A stretch of DNA of 64,000 nt. Source: Eledone cirrhosa. Its lineage: Eukaryota. Under the pieces are notes generated by a model. The model was given only the letters and a program-made list of their open reading frames with translations. It searched no databases and was not told the DNA's origin. Of the stretch, positions 12,033 through 25,024 are shown in pieces (position 1 is the stretch's first letter; each line of letters opens with the position of its first letter). The position numbers and the translations under genes are program-made. The stretch spans positions 33,046,001 to 33,110,000 of the forward strand of contig OZ024744.1 in the NCBI GenBank assembly GCA_964016885.1, written 5' to 3'.

Positions 12033-12698
12033 ACATACATACATACATACACACATACACACACACATACATACATACATACATACACACATACATACAT
12101 ACACACATACAAACATACAAACATACACACATACATACATACAAACATAAAAACATACATACATACAAACATACAAACATACATACATACATACATACAT
12201 ACATACATACATACATACATACATACATACATACATACATACATACATACATACATAAAATGTTACGTTATCTTCGTGTTTCAAATTTCTTTGCTTACTC
12301 TACTAAACATGAATTATAAACGCCACTATCGTTATCACATTTACTTTTACCATTTCCTAATATTCGTAATTATTCTTCGAGGTTTTTCCTACTTCCCCGC
12401 AATCCAACGTACTTTGGCGACACTACCAGAGACTTTCATATTAATTTCCCATATAGTAATAATTTTATTTCAATTTCGTCTTTGCTTTTACATATCTTTG
12501 ATCTATATCTCCATTATTTGGTCTTATCATATTAATTGGTCACAGAAAAAAATATAGATAATAATAACAACCCTAGCCATAATATAATATAATATAATAT
12601 ATATAATAGATATAGTTTTCGTTCCACTTTTGTTTTGAATTATATATTCACACACACACACTCACACACACACACCTATATATATATATATGTATATT

Positions 12699-12733
<35 letters not shown>

Positions 12734-13299
12734 ATAATTTATATACATATTTGTACGTTACGTGTATATATACATGTACACACACACACACACACACACA
12801 CACACCACACACACATATATATATACGATACATATGTGTTGCGAATTATATAGAATTTGTTCCCGAAACATTATTTTGTGTATCATTTCGTCACCCTTTC
12901 GTAATGAGGTCGACTTTTGCTTTGTTGCTGCTGTTTATTGTTTTAGGCTCCAACCCCAACCCAAGTTCAAGCCATAATCGAATAGAACCATTATCATATA
13001 TATTCCAGCCCTGACCAGCCATTTGTATTTTTTAGTTGGAAGTTAATGGGACGGCAGGAATATAGTACTAAATTTTCTTAAGTGTATCTTTTCTGTTTTA
13101 TGAAATTAACGTGTAATTTTAGTTGTATTGCAGCTGCTATTTCTAGCAGATATAGTGTTCTAGAGGTTGCAGCCAACATGTAAAGCAATAGTTCCCAGTC
13201 AGTTTCCGTTTAGCTAGTACTGAGGAGAATTCGGGAGATAATTTCAAAGTGTCAAGTAGATTGTTAAAAAAGATAAGATATATATTCTATTATGTACCA

Positions 13300-13720
13300 T
13301 GCAATCAGTTCACTCTCGAATGCTACTCGTAACATGTAACCCAGTGCAACCCGTTATGTGGTCGGCTCGTTCGAGACGAAAAGCTTGGTGAACAAGGGAT
13401 TTTAGAACACCTTGCTGAGATGGAAATGAAAAGCCATGAAAGGGCTGAAGAACTCAGGCGAGACGACAACCAAATAGCATGAAAAAAAAACAACAAATGG
13501 GTAGACAGAGCTTGGTTGGCAGTCTGTATATGAGAAGGATCTTTCTGATTTCAGGACCAAAGTAGATGGGACTTCTTTAATCACATTGGTGACAACCTTT
13601 CAAGTGGCCAATAGTTCCATCTATGTTATGAAAGAGAATGCGCTGCGGCTGGGTAGGCAGCTTCCGAATAATGGTCGGAAAAGGAATCGAGACTCACCAA
13701 TGTCATATTTTTCCCCGATG
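13300..13720 (+). mobile_element. RTE-type 5' UTR fragment
   Basis: Shares the GTAACATGTA-CCCAGT-CAACC...TGGTCGG-TCGTTCG-GAC and GGCAG...GAGAAGGA...TCTGATTT blocks with 9100-9350 (minus strand). Confidence 0.5.
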
Positions 13721-14079
13721 AGAATCATAGATATATTGCATCATATATATTAGTACTGGTGCGATTGTCTATGGTCCCCTGACCCTCAGCAATGAGAATA
13801 GGAAGGGACCAGTACCGATATTGTATCCAGTCCTCTCTATAAACATTTCTCTCTTATGATTGATATTTTCACTGTTTAACAGTTTTCAGTACTTAAATAC
13901 ATATTATGCCCACAACGTTGAGTATCCCTTCTGTTCTAATTATAAACATGTTTCTTTCTATCTATCATTTGTTACTCTCACTGCATAACAACTAGATGTG
14001 TGTGTAGGGGGAGGGGGGGGCAAGTATAGTGTGAGGTGGTTCAGTGGGAAAATTAATTTAAATAAAACTGGTCTGGTCA

Positions 14080-14083
14080 TTGC

Positions 14084-14123
<40 letters not shown>

Positions 14124-14246
14124 CTTGTTGTTGTTGTTGTTCTTGTTGTTGTTATTGTTGTTGTTGTTGTTGTTGTTCTTGTTCTTGTTCTTGTTCTTCT
14201 TCTTCTTCTTCTTCTTCTTCTTCTTCTTCTTCTTCTTCTTCTTCTT
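14080..14246. repeat. (GTT)n/(CTT)n microsatellite, probably a LINE tail
   Basis: Directly visible, adjacent to an RTE 3' end. Confidence 0.9.
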
Positions 14247-14500
14247 CGCCCACTTATTCTTGAGAGGGTCGTGGGGGGCAGTGTCCTCAAACACTCCTGC
14301 CAGAAGCAACCGTTTCGACCTGATCCAGCTGGATCTCAAAGCTAGATTATCCGAGACCATGGATGGATGTTATCCTGGCCATTGCTAAGCAAAACTGTTG
14401 GGAAATACTGCTGCCTTCGATTTAGAAGCTCCCGCGTCTTGTGACACATGAGGCAGCTAAAGTGCTCCAATGATCGCGATCAGTTACATCGATCAATACA
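14247..14500 (-). mobile_element. Rex3/Expander-like RTE 3' fragment
   Basis: Similar to the 62080-62185 (+) and 59010-59100 (-) ends. The minus strand ends in (GAA)n. Confidence 0.5.
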
Positions 14501-14519
14501 TCGTTCCAAACTATCACTC

Positions 14520-17455
14520 GTGACATTTATACTCACAATAACAGTATCACATTATAATATATGTGTATATATATTTGATGGTCAGAATAAATGTAGCAAG
14601 ACAGAGGACCATATCAGCCACACTGCACACTTCATAGATGTACTGAAGACGAATGGATACCGAACATCCATAATGAATCGTCTTAAGAACCGAAGGCGCC
14701 GCAGACATAACACCTCCTCTAACACCTTCTTCAAGAAATAACCACATTTCCATCAAAAGCATAACCTCAGCTATCCACACAACTATCCACACAGCTATCC
14801 ACACAGCTATCCACACAGCTATCCACACAGCTATCCACACAGCTATCCACACAGCTATCCACACAACTATCCACACAGCTATCCACACAGCTATCCACAC
14901 AGCTATCCACACAGCTATCCACACAGCCATCCACACAGCTATCCACACAGCTATCCACACAGCTATCCACACAGCTATCCACACAGCTATACACACAGCT
15001 ATCCACACAGCTATCCACACAGCTATCCACACAGCTATCCACACAGCTATCCACACAGCTATCCACACAGCTATCCACACAGCTATCCACACAGCTATCC
15101 ACACAGCTATCCACACAGCCATCCACACAGCTATCCACACAGCTATCCACACAGCTATCCACACAACTATCCACACAGCTATCCACACAGCTATCCACAC
15201 AGCTATCCACACAGCTATCCACACAGCCATCCACACAGCTATCCACACAGCTATCCACACAGCTATCCACACAGCTATCCACACAGCTATACACACAGCT
15301 ATCCACACAGCTATCCACACAGCTATCCACACAGCTATCCACACAGCTATCCACACAGCCATCCACACAGCTATCCACACAGCTATCCACACAGCTAACC
15401 ACACAGCTATCCACACAGCTATCCACACAGCTATCCACACAGCTATCCACACAGCTATCCACACAGCTATCCACACAGCTATCCACACAGCTATCCACAC
15501 AGCTATCCACACAGCTATCCACACAGCTATACACACAGCTATCCACACAGCTATCCACACAGCTATCCACACAGCTATCCACACAGCTATCCACACAGCT
15601 ATCCACACAGCTATCCACACAGCTATCCACACAGCTATCCACACAGCTATACACACAGCTATCCACACAGCTATCCACACAGCTATACACACAGCTATCC
15701 ACACAGCTATCCACACAGCTATCCACACAGCTATCCACACAGCTATCCACACAGCTATCCACACAGCTATCCACACATCTATCTACACAGCTATCCACAC
15801 AGCTATACACACAGCTATACACACAGCTATCCACACAGCTATACACACAGCTATACACACAGCTATCCACACAGCTATCCACACAGCTATACACACAGCT
15901 ATCCACACAGCTATCCACACAGCTATCTACACATCCACACAGCTATCCACACATCTATCCACACAGCTATCCACACAGCTATCCACACAGCTATCCACAC
16001 AGCTATCCACACAGCTATCCACACAGCTATACACACAGCTATCCACACAGCTATCCACACAGCTGTCCACACAACTATCTACACAGCTATCCACACAGCC
16101 ATCCACACAGCCATCCACACAGCTATCCACACAACTATCCACACAGCTATCCACACAGCTATCCACACATCTATCTACACAGCTATCCACACAGCTACCC
16201 ACACAGCTATACACACAGCTATCCACACAGCTATCCACACAGCTATCCACACAGCTATCCACACAGCTATCCACACAGCTATCCACACAGCTATCCACAC
16301 AGCTATCCACACAGCTATCTACACATCCACACAGCTATCCACACAGCTATCCACACAGCTATACACACAGCTATCCACACAGCTATCCACACAGCTATCC
16401 ACACAGCTATACACACAGCTATCCACACAGCTATCCACACAGCTATCCACACAGCCATCCACACAGCTATCCACACAACTATCTACACAGCTATCCACAC
16501 AGCCATCCACACAGCTATCCACACAGCTATCCACACAGCTATCCACACAGCCATCCACACAGCTATCCACACAACTATCCACACAGCTATCCACACAGCT
16601 ATCCACACAGCCATCCACACAGCTATCCACACAACTATCCACACAGCTATCCACACAGCCATCCACACAGCTATCCACACAACTATCCACACAGCTATCC
16701 ACACAACTATCCACACAGCTATCCACACAGCTATCCACACAGCTATCCACACAGCTATCCACACAGCTATCCACACAGCTATCCACAGAGCTATCCACAC
16801 AGCTATCCACACAGCTATCCACACAGCTATCCACACAGCTATCCACACAGCTATCCACACAGCTATCCACACAGCTATCTACACAGCTATCCACACAGCT
16901 ATCCACACAGCTATCCACACAGCCATCCACACAGCTATCCACACAGCTATCCACACAGCTATCCACACAGCTATCCACACAGCTATCCACACAGCTATCC
17001 ACACAGCTATACACACAGCTATCCACACAGCTATCCACACAGCTATACACACAGCTATCCACACAGCCATCCACACAGCTATCCACACAGCTATCCACAC
17101 AGCTATCCACACAGCTATCCACACAGCTATCCACACAGCTATCCACAAAGAAGGGCTGGACATACATTTAGCACACTCCAGCCCTTCACTGCGTGGATAT
17201 CTGTCTCAAAAGCAATCCAGAGACAACAATGGTCGCTGACTAACTGCCCTATCCACGACACAGGTATGTGCAAGCAGACACATGTGGTATACCAGATTGA
17301 ATGTAGCAAATGTAAGGAGTTCTACATTGGTAGCACGACTCGAACACTCCACATTCGCATTAAAGAACACCTCAACACACACACATCCTCATTCACAAAA
17401 CACATTGACAAATGTAGAAACATTAACCAGCATATTACCATTACTATGACGCGAG
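14520..17455 (+). mobile_element. Penelope-like element C-terminal fragment (GIY-YIG) split by a satellite expansion
   Basis: Left of the array: ...VLKTNGYR...ITSAIH. Right of the array: AIHKEGLDIHLAHSSPSLRGYLS, then CKQTHVVYQIECSKCKEFYIGSTTRTLHIRIKEH (GIY-YIG). Confidence 0.8.
14768..17147 (+). repeat. 12-bp tandem satellite (CAGCTATCCACA)n, ~199 units
   Basis: Highly homogeneous array with two 8-nt short units near 15930 and 16323. Variant units recur at 300-bp spacing. Confidence 0.98.
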
Positions 17456-17461
17456 ATCATA

Positions 17462-18668
17462 GTATGCATCGAAAGTTAGTTTACGAAACAACAAATGTTA
17501 TATGGGTCAAATCTCAATTTTAACGATGTAAATTAAAAAAATTGGGCCAACCTCAACCCTACACACACGCAAGTAAATTCCGTTCAACGTTCTGTTATAC
17601 GTGTACCAATTGAATTGTAACATTCGTATCGTCTAAATAGTGTATGTTTTGGTATATACACATCCATGTGTAGAGCAAGTAATCAGCTCGTATCGAACTC
17701 TGTGTATGCCTTTGACCCGTTGAGACTCAGAGTCCCCGAGTCTGTGCCTGCAAGCACCCGCCATGTAGGCCACCAAGGGGCTCCATGTAGGGTTGGGTAT
17801 TTGAGTTAAGGTGTCAGTGTGTGCGTTTTCCCGTCATATGGGCCCTCGGGCTTTTAAAATAAGTGTTTGAGTGGTGGAGGTGTGTTACCCAACACAAAAT
17901 AAAATAAAATAACAAAACCGATATAAAACCGATTAAGCGCACTCACCATTACTTTAGACTACCCTAACCATAGAGTTATCTCAGTTAGTAAATAGTTAGA
18001 CGTATTACACACTCAGTTAAGAATGATTACGCTCTTTATACATAATTCTACACACAGTACCCGGTTTCTTTAGACACGGAGTTCCCACAGTCACGATCTT
18101 ATCAATTGAATACTACACTAGGTTTTTGGTCTGTGATCCTCTAATCATGGAGTGCTCACAGTTGCTGAATGGACAATATTACTTACACACCATTAATGGG
18201 CTTACACACATCCCCTGGGTTTTGTATTTTATTTTATTTTGTGTTGGGTAACACACCGCCACCACTCAAACACTTATCTTAAAAGCCCGAGGGCCCATAT
18301 GACGGGAAAAGGCACACACTGACACTTTAACTCAAATACCCAACCCTACATGGAGCCTCTTGGTGGCCTACATGGCGGGTGCTTGCACGCACAGACTCGG
18401 GGACTCAGATTCTCAACGGGACAACGGCACATACAGAGTTCGATACGAGCTGACTACTTGCTCTACACATGGATGTGTATATACCAAAACATACACTATT
18501 TAGACGATACGGATGTTACAATTCAATCGATACACGTATAACAGAACGTTGAACGGAATTTACTTGCGTGTGTGTAGGGTTGAGGTTGGCCCAATTTTTC
18601 TAATTTACATCGTTAAGATTTGACCAATATAACATTTGTTGTTTCGTAATCTAACTTTCGGTGCATAC
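17462..18668. mobile_element. Foldback/MITE-like DNA element with ~450-bp terminal inverted repeats and flanking TA
   Basis: 17462-~17920 is the reverse complement of ~18217-18668 (GTATGCATCGAAAGTTAG ... CTAACTTTCGGTGCATAC). TA at 17460-61 and 18669-70. The ~300-bp core is non-coding. Confidence 0.85.
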
Positions 18669-18969
18669 TATGTTGGTATATATATATTTTTCTCTGATCT
18701 CGCGTCGGTGTGTGTGAGTGGGTGTGTACTCACTCACACTAATTGTGACCGACCGAAATTCTACAGATTTGATGTTGAGATTACACCTGTTCAGCGTCTT
18801 TTACAGCTATTGACAGATAGAGACTTGATAGAATTATGACCCTGACTGAAGACGATGGCAGTTGGCGTGTTTTGGCTGCTGAATCTTCATATGGGGAACA
18901 GAATTCTAGTGAGTGAACATCGTTAGTTTTTCCCTCCCTCATATCAAAGATTTGATGATATTTCATTAT

Positions 18970-19043
18970 TCACCTGATGAGATCAGTGATAATCGATCAT
19001 GACCACACGATCGATCGATCTCTCATTGAAACATGTGTTGTGA
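18970..19043 (+). ncRNA. Hammerhead-like motif (imperfect stem II junction)
   Basis: TCAC/GTGA stem I; CTGATGA 18974-80; GAAAC-ATGT-GTT. Stem II AGTGA/TCATT is offset by an extra GATC. Confidence 0.5.
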
Positions 19044-19094
19044 TTAAAATGATTGGAAATGTATACCATGCCTTCGAATCTTTATTTTGATATA

Positions 19095-19731
19095 TATATA
19101 CAATTGAATATATGAGAGGGATGAACACATGTATACTTATATCTGTGTTTATCCCTCTCATATATACAATTGTATTACATGGCTCAGATTCCCTTCCTGG
19201 TAAAAGACTATTTTGAGTTTCTAACTCAATCTATGATATTCTCGGCTCCTCATGTAGAGCTAACTTTAGTCTCATAAAACCGACTGCTATTTTTAGCGGC
19301 ATGAGTATGAGACGCACTAGGCGCTGCAACATGTGCTTTTATATCAACACATAGTTCAGTCTTCTTAGATCTTTTGAAGTGAAAGGTACGAATTTCCTGG
19401 ATACCCACAGAAGAGCACAGGAATGGTGGCTTTCACTTAATAATTCTTGCGAAACAGATTTAGATCTGTCCGGGTATCAAAGGGCAGTTGCCCGATATAG
19501 GTTTGTTATTTTTATTGATTTATTACTTTAGATCGAAACAGGCAAACCATATTGTTTTAAATTAGTATTTTTTCAATTTAGCTAACTTGGTCATTTGCAA
19601 TTGGAACACATGTATACTTGTATCTGTGTTCATCCCTCTCATATATTCATTTGTATTACATGGCTCGGAAAGATTCCCTTCCTTGAGCTATTTAATTGTA
19701 AAAGACTATTTTGAGTTTGTAACTCAGTCTT

Positions 19732-19735
<4 letters not shown>
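19095..19735 (+). mobile_element. Small non-autonomous PLE-like element (~120-bp direct repeats plus short 5' inversion) between TA runs
   Basis: ~19124-19238 is repeated at ~19604-19735. ~19097-19130 is an inverted copy of part of the repeat. Confidence 0.55.
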
Positions 19736-19821
<86 letters not shown>

Positions 19822-19824
<3 letters not shown>

Positions 19825-20025
19825 GGCGTGTGGCTGCGTGGTTAGAGAATTGGATTCACAATCTTGAGGTTGTGAGTTCGATTCCTGGACCGGGCGATGC
19901 GTTATGCCCTTGAGCAAGACACTTTATTTCACGTTGCTCCTTCTTCCTGGAGTTGCGCCCGATAGATAGTACTAGCAACTGGAAAGACCAACGGAAACAT
20001 TGTTTCCTCGGTCCGATTTGACGAA
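19822..20025 (+). mobile_element. tRNA-derived SINE (CORE-like body)
   Basis: A box TGGCTGCGTGG, B box GAGTTCGATTCC, then CCCTTGAGCAAGACACTT. A decayed relative lies at ~28441-28628. Confidence 0.75.
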
Positions 20026-20194
20026 TTATATATATATATATATATATATATTTAATATTTAATACAATAACAGAGATAGCTTTAAGCTAAACTCCGACTG
20101 GTAACCATCTCACTCAACAAACATTAGGTTATACGTTAGTATAAACCCAATTTATGTATATATATATATATATATATACATACATACATATATC

Positions 20195-20498
20195 ATGGTT
20201 ACGGCAGTCTTGCAGTTGATAGTATCAACAGAACAGCTTGCTCGTGACATTAACCTACAAATAGCTGAGTATTCCACTGTCACGTGTATCCTTAACGCAA
20301 TTCCTAGGGAGCTTCAGCGTGACACGGAATATGACATGATTGACCCTTCAATTTTCAGCAATAACTCATGTTTGCCATTTCAGTGGATTGGAACAACGTG
20401 CAATAAAGCCTTGCTCAACGGACTCTACATACACCGGGAATTGAACTCACGACCTTACAATTATGAAGCAGATACCCTAACCACCAAGCCATGCACCT
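20195..20498 (-). mobile_element. tRNA-derived SINE
   Basis: Minus strand TGGCTTGGTGGTTAGG ... GAGTTCAATTCC, followed by TTGAGCAAGGC. Confidence 0.65.
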
Positions 20499-20844
20499 TC
20501 ACACATTGTAATATATCGTTCTATTTTCTCCTAACATAATTATTATCTGAATTAATTTCTCTTTCTTTTTTTCTGTTTTTTTTTTTTTTTAGTTTGTTCG
20601 TTTTATTAGTAAAAATTATAAATGTTTTAGTGTTAACCAGTTCCAGGTTTATCAGTCAGTTCATTTGAAAAGTGATATTTGACACATTTGAACTTTGCCA
20701 GCTGACTAAATCTTTTATTTGCCTTAATATATTGTTATCTGTATAGAGAAGATTCTTCATATCAATCCCCCCTCTTAGGGGACTAAATTAATTTCCGACT
20801 GCTAAAATGTTATGAGGTAAAATCTAGGGTAAGTATTTTAACAA

Positions 20845-20967
<123 letters not shown>

Positions 20968-21092
20968 TATTCGTAAAATTTGAGTATTCTCAGCGATAGG
21001 TAGCCGTGAATAGCTGGATACTATTTACATAGCAACATTTTTTTTTTGGGGGGGGGGGGGGGTAAGATGTAAGAACAAATCGAACGGAGAGT

Positions 21093-21157
<65 letters not shown>

Positions 21158-21609
21158 GTATGAGATGAGAAATGAGAGGGTTATAGAGAGAGAGAAGGGA
21201 AAAGGAGGAGAGGAGGAAAATGGGTACGAAAATGATGGAGCAGGAAGGAGTTGAGGAGAAAGACGAAGATATATATATATGATACTGAATACTAGGTTAT
21301 CTTGAATTTAGACGCAATGAATCCTTAATTTTATTTCAGAAGGTAAGATAATGTCGTCCTAGATATTCCATTTCAAATTTAAAAAAAAGGAAAAAAAAAA
21401 GAAAAAGAAAATAAATGATAAACGCTTTTCATTATAAATTCAATTCTAATGTCAACTTTGCCTTTCATTCGTCTTGGATTTATAAAATAAAGTAGCAGTT
21501 AACTACTGGGGTCGATATGATTGACTTTATCATGGCGCCAAATTGCTAGCTCTGCTTTATTTAATTTAAAACAAAGAAAATTATTTACTTGATCTATTTC
21601 AACTAAAAA

Positions 21610-21745
21610 GGCGGCAATTTGACAGAGTCGCTATGGTGCTGGATTTAAATACATCGGTATCTGTTCCACGCCACTGTATTCTGAGTTCAAATCCCACCGT
21701 AGTCAACTGTGCCTTTCATACTTTTGGGGGTTGATAAACACCAGT
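21610..21745 (+). mobile_element. tRNA-derived SINE, abundant family (Meta/Sauria-like core)
   Basis: GGCGG...GAGTTCAAATCCC...ACTGTGCCTTTCAT...GGGGTTGATAAA. Partial relatives at ~21450-21545, 21755-21840, 32770-32892, 38345-38460 (-), 55632-55770 and 58241-58362. Confidence 0.65.
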
Positions 21746-22439
21746 CCTGGGGGCGGGGTTTGGTAGAATTGTTAAAGAGTCTGATTAGATGCTTTGTGGT
21801 ATCGATTCTGGAACTCAAGGTCTCAGTTCAAATCTTGCTTTTTCTGCCAGATATCGTAACAGCAAATAGTATCAGTAAAGACTATTTTTTTAACATAGCT
21901 TTGTGCTAAATAACAACAACAGCAAAAACAAAATCAACAGTAAAAACAACAACAACAACATAAACAACAACGGGCAAACATACATATACACATTTAATTA
22001 CTATGTCTACCAGATTTGAAGAGAATAAGGTATTAGGAAAAACTAGGCAAAATCTATTGAAATTCGAAGAAAGATTTATTACATGATAAGGTCTCTTACA
22101 CGTGTTACAGTGCAGTTACGTAATCGACTACGAGAACTGAAACATATCTTATATAATCCACTATCCCTAATTTACATTAGCATTTCATCAGAGAGGTCTG
22201 GGAGTAAACTAAAGTTCTGTGACAGTCGGTCACTAAACAGGAAAACCACGTTTTATGCAATGATGAACCTGACCAAAACGATACAAAAAGCTTTCTAGCC
22301 ATCACACAACACCAACCTCTGTTATCATCCCAGTACAAAAACTCCCATTGCTGTCATTAACCAACAAACCCACAATAAGATTCCCGAAAGAGGCAAAGCC
22401 AGCCACTACTATAGCTGCAAAATCTTTGCTTAATGGGCA

Positions 22440-24200
22440 AGGCATCACCCCTTCCACCAATGAACAAAAATGGAAGATCAAATTCATCAGGGATTGAGTT
22501 GATGACCATCCACACCACATTCTTTTCTTCATCCTAACTGAGACCCCTCTCGACAACTCCCACTTGGAAGCCGAATTGAAGGTGAGGAATTTTACAACCA
22601 TCCTCGCAGATCGTGCTGACAGAAGAAAGGGTGGAACTGCTATTTTCTTGCATGATCCTTTTACGGTAACCACACATGCCACATTGTTCATCAACGGCTA
22701 CTGCGAAGTTATTCAGTTTCTGGGCACAATAAAGGCAATTACTCAACAACAAATCCAAACGCCTCCACTATGCTTCAATGAATACCTCAAAGCATAAATA
22801 ATTTTACACAGCAATGCCATCCTGATAACATACTAATGATGGGTCGCTTCAACCTCCCCTGTGTTGATTGGTCTACAAACAGTTTGAAACCAGGTATTTC
22901 CACCTCAATCTCTGACAAAGTAGCTGTAGAGTCACTCTTCGACTTCATGGATGAGCTTTACCTGTCCCATTTTGTGCACAGACCAACAAGATGTCACCAA
23001 AACATTTTGAAACCTAGTGTTTAGTAACCACACAAACACCATTCACAATACTGCAGTAGAAAAATCTTTCCTCAAAGATCATGACATGGTTGTCTGTAAT
23101 CTGAGATTCCACTAGCCAAAGGTTAAACCCAATAACCTCTCTCTCCAACCCACCCATTTGATAACAATTATTTTCATAATGCAAACTGGGATGTAATCAT
23201 TATATCAACACACACACGGCCGCAGGAACATCAAAACATCTTGGCAGATATTTGCAGGCTCCGTTACAAATATATGTTAAAATATACCTCCAGGATCTGA
23301 GAACAAAACTAAGTGCTGAATTCTGAGGACTAGAACTACCATTAAAGAAAATAAAAATTATTAACAAAAAAAAAAAAAAAAAGAATTCAACCTATTAAAA
23401 TACTGCGAGCAGCAACACACACATTCGACGTCTATAGCACTACTTGAATTAGAACACTCATAACCTTCAAAGCACCATGAAGATCATCATCGATAACCTA
23501 ATAATAGCTAGGAGTAGTGGGCCATTGAGAAAATCACACTCAATCTCAAATAGTTCTTTTCATTTGCCAAAAGACACAAAGCCATTGTCTCCACCGTTGA
23601 CACCCTCCATAATGATGAAAATAACACCCTCCATGAGTTGTAGTGAATTACCTCCAACCTTACCTCACCTCCCGTATCATCAACGTATTCCCGAGAATGG
23701 TGAGATCACGAATAACTCATTTTCTTGAAAGGAACAATCAGTATAGGTACCAAGATGGCAGAAACTGCCAGACACAGCTTCTCCATCACTTTGATGACAC
23801 CCTAAAAACTTTGGGAGATGGCACCAACACGGATGTTATTTACCTATATTCCGGTCTAGAAAAAAATCACCTCATCATCCGACTCAACTCTACATTTGTT
23901 AGGCACCACCTCGTTTACTGTTGTCCACTGTTGTTTCCTCACACAAAACAAAGTATTATGAAAATTGAAACTCCCGAGATCAATTACACAAAAGATAAAC
24001 AGCATAACAGTCCTTGTCTATTGGGGTCGAGCAGAAAACTCAAACTTTACTCTCTCCAAAGTCACCGACAGCCCTTCATCATCCGTGTGATATGGAAAAT
24101 ATTCTATCAATAATGCCCAAATGATGTTGACATCACCTTTAAAATCGACACAAGGCTTGGGCCTTGTACTATCCACCCCCTCTGAAAGACAGTCAGGTGG
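22440..24200 (+). mobile_element. Decayed, internally deleted CR1/L2-type LINE (APE endonuclease and RT fragments)
   Basis: ILTETPL, ADRRKGGTAIF, MGRFNLPCVDW, VHRPTR. RT pieces LTSRIINVF, GRNCQTQLL, TDVIYL, FVRHHLVYCCPL. Confidence 0.75.
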
Positions 24201-24311
24201 TGCTATTAAGTTAGAAATGGCCTCGGGCAATACTGGCCGAAACGTATAAAAATGTATCAAAACATATATCTATAATATATATATATATATATATAAGTTT
24301 TAATATAGAAG

Positions 24312-24362
24312 AGCTTCTACAGGACTAGAACTGTTTCATTCGTGAGAAATCATCAGGAAGCT
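24312..24362 (-). ncRNA. Type I hammerhead ribozyme
   Basis: AGCTTC/GAAGCT stem I; CTGATGA; TTC-TCAC-GAA stem II; GAA-ACAG...CTGT-A stem III. GUA cleavage. Confidence 0.75.
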
Positions 24363-24819
24363 GGCTGTCCAAATAAGTGGAAGTATTTATATCTTTCCCT
24401 TTCTGGTGGTAGGAGAGGGTGGGGGTTGGAATTGGTGCAGATCATTGGTTGAAGGATTTAAAGAAAAGGGAGTTCATTAAAAGCTAAATCTTTAAAGCTA
24501 TAATATTAACATAGGCAGAAAAAATACTGTAAACAAATTCAAAATTGGAATACCAATCCTTGTTTATCACTTAGACTAACAATGCCTGTAAGACAGGTGT
24601 CTACAGTATGGGTGGGGTTCAATGGTTTAAAGAAAAGGGAAATTCTTTAGAAGGTAATTCTTTAAGGCTGAAATAAGGGTGACAAAGGCAGAAATGGTTC
24701 CTTCGGCAGATTCAAGTATTGGGGTGAACCCCCTTATTGTGAAGTTTCACTTAATATATATATTCCAGGTGTCGACAAGAAAAAGAAAGATATAAATACT
24801 ACCACTTATCTGGACAGCC

Positions 24820-24870
24820 AGCTTCCTGATGATTTCTCACGAATGAAACACTTCTAGTCCTGTAGAAGCT
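24820..24870 (+). ncRNA. Type I hammerhead ribozyme (inverted sister copy, one stem III mismatch)
   Basis: Same as above, with ACAC in place of ACAG. Confidence 0.7.
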
Positions 24871-24951
24871 CTTCTATATTAAAACTGTTATACTCTGCTA
24901 TGTATTGAGTACCTTACTTACTGTGGTTTCCTCTGATTCAATCCGGAATAA

Positions 24952-25022
<71 letters not shown>

Positions 25023-25024
25023 AT

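Larger units (their letters stand above)
24296..24955 (+). mobile_element. Non-autonomous PLE-like element with ~100-bp inverted repeats, flanked by (TA)n
   Basis: 24296-24398 is the reverse complement of ~24786-24888. There is an internal diverged duplication (24420-24500 vs 24610-24690). Both arms carry a hammerhead. Confidence 0.75.

Noticed and set aside
14547-17167. (WIAV)n and (CVDS)n long ORFs; CRISPR-like or telomeric array
   Set aside because: These are antisense readings of the 12-bp satellite. There are no spacers and no TTAGGG-type unit.
19822-19895. Functional tRNA gene
   Set aside because: A and B boxes are present but the cloverleaf is imperfect and runs into a SINE body.
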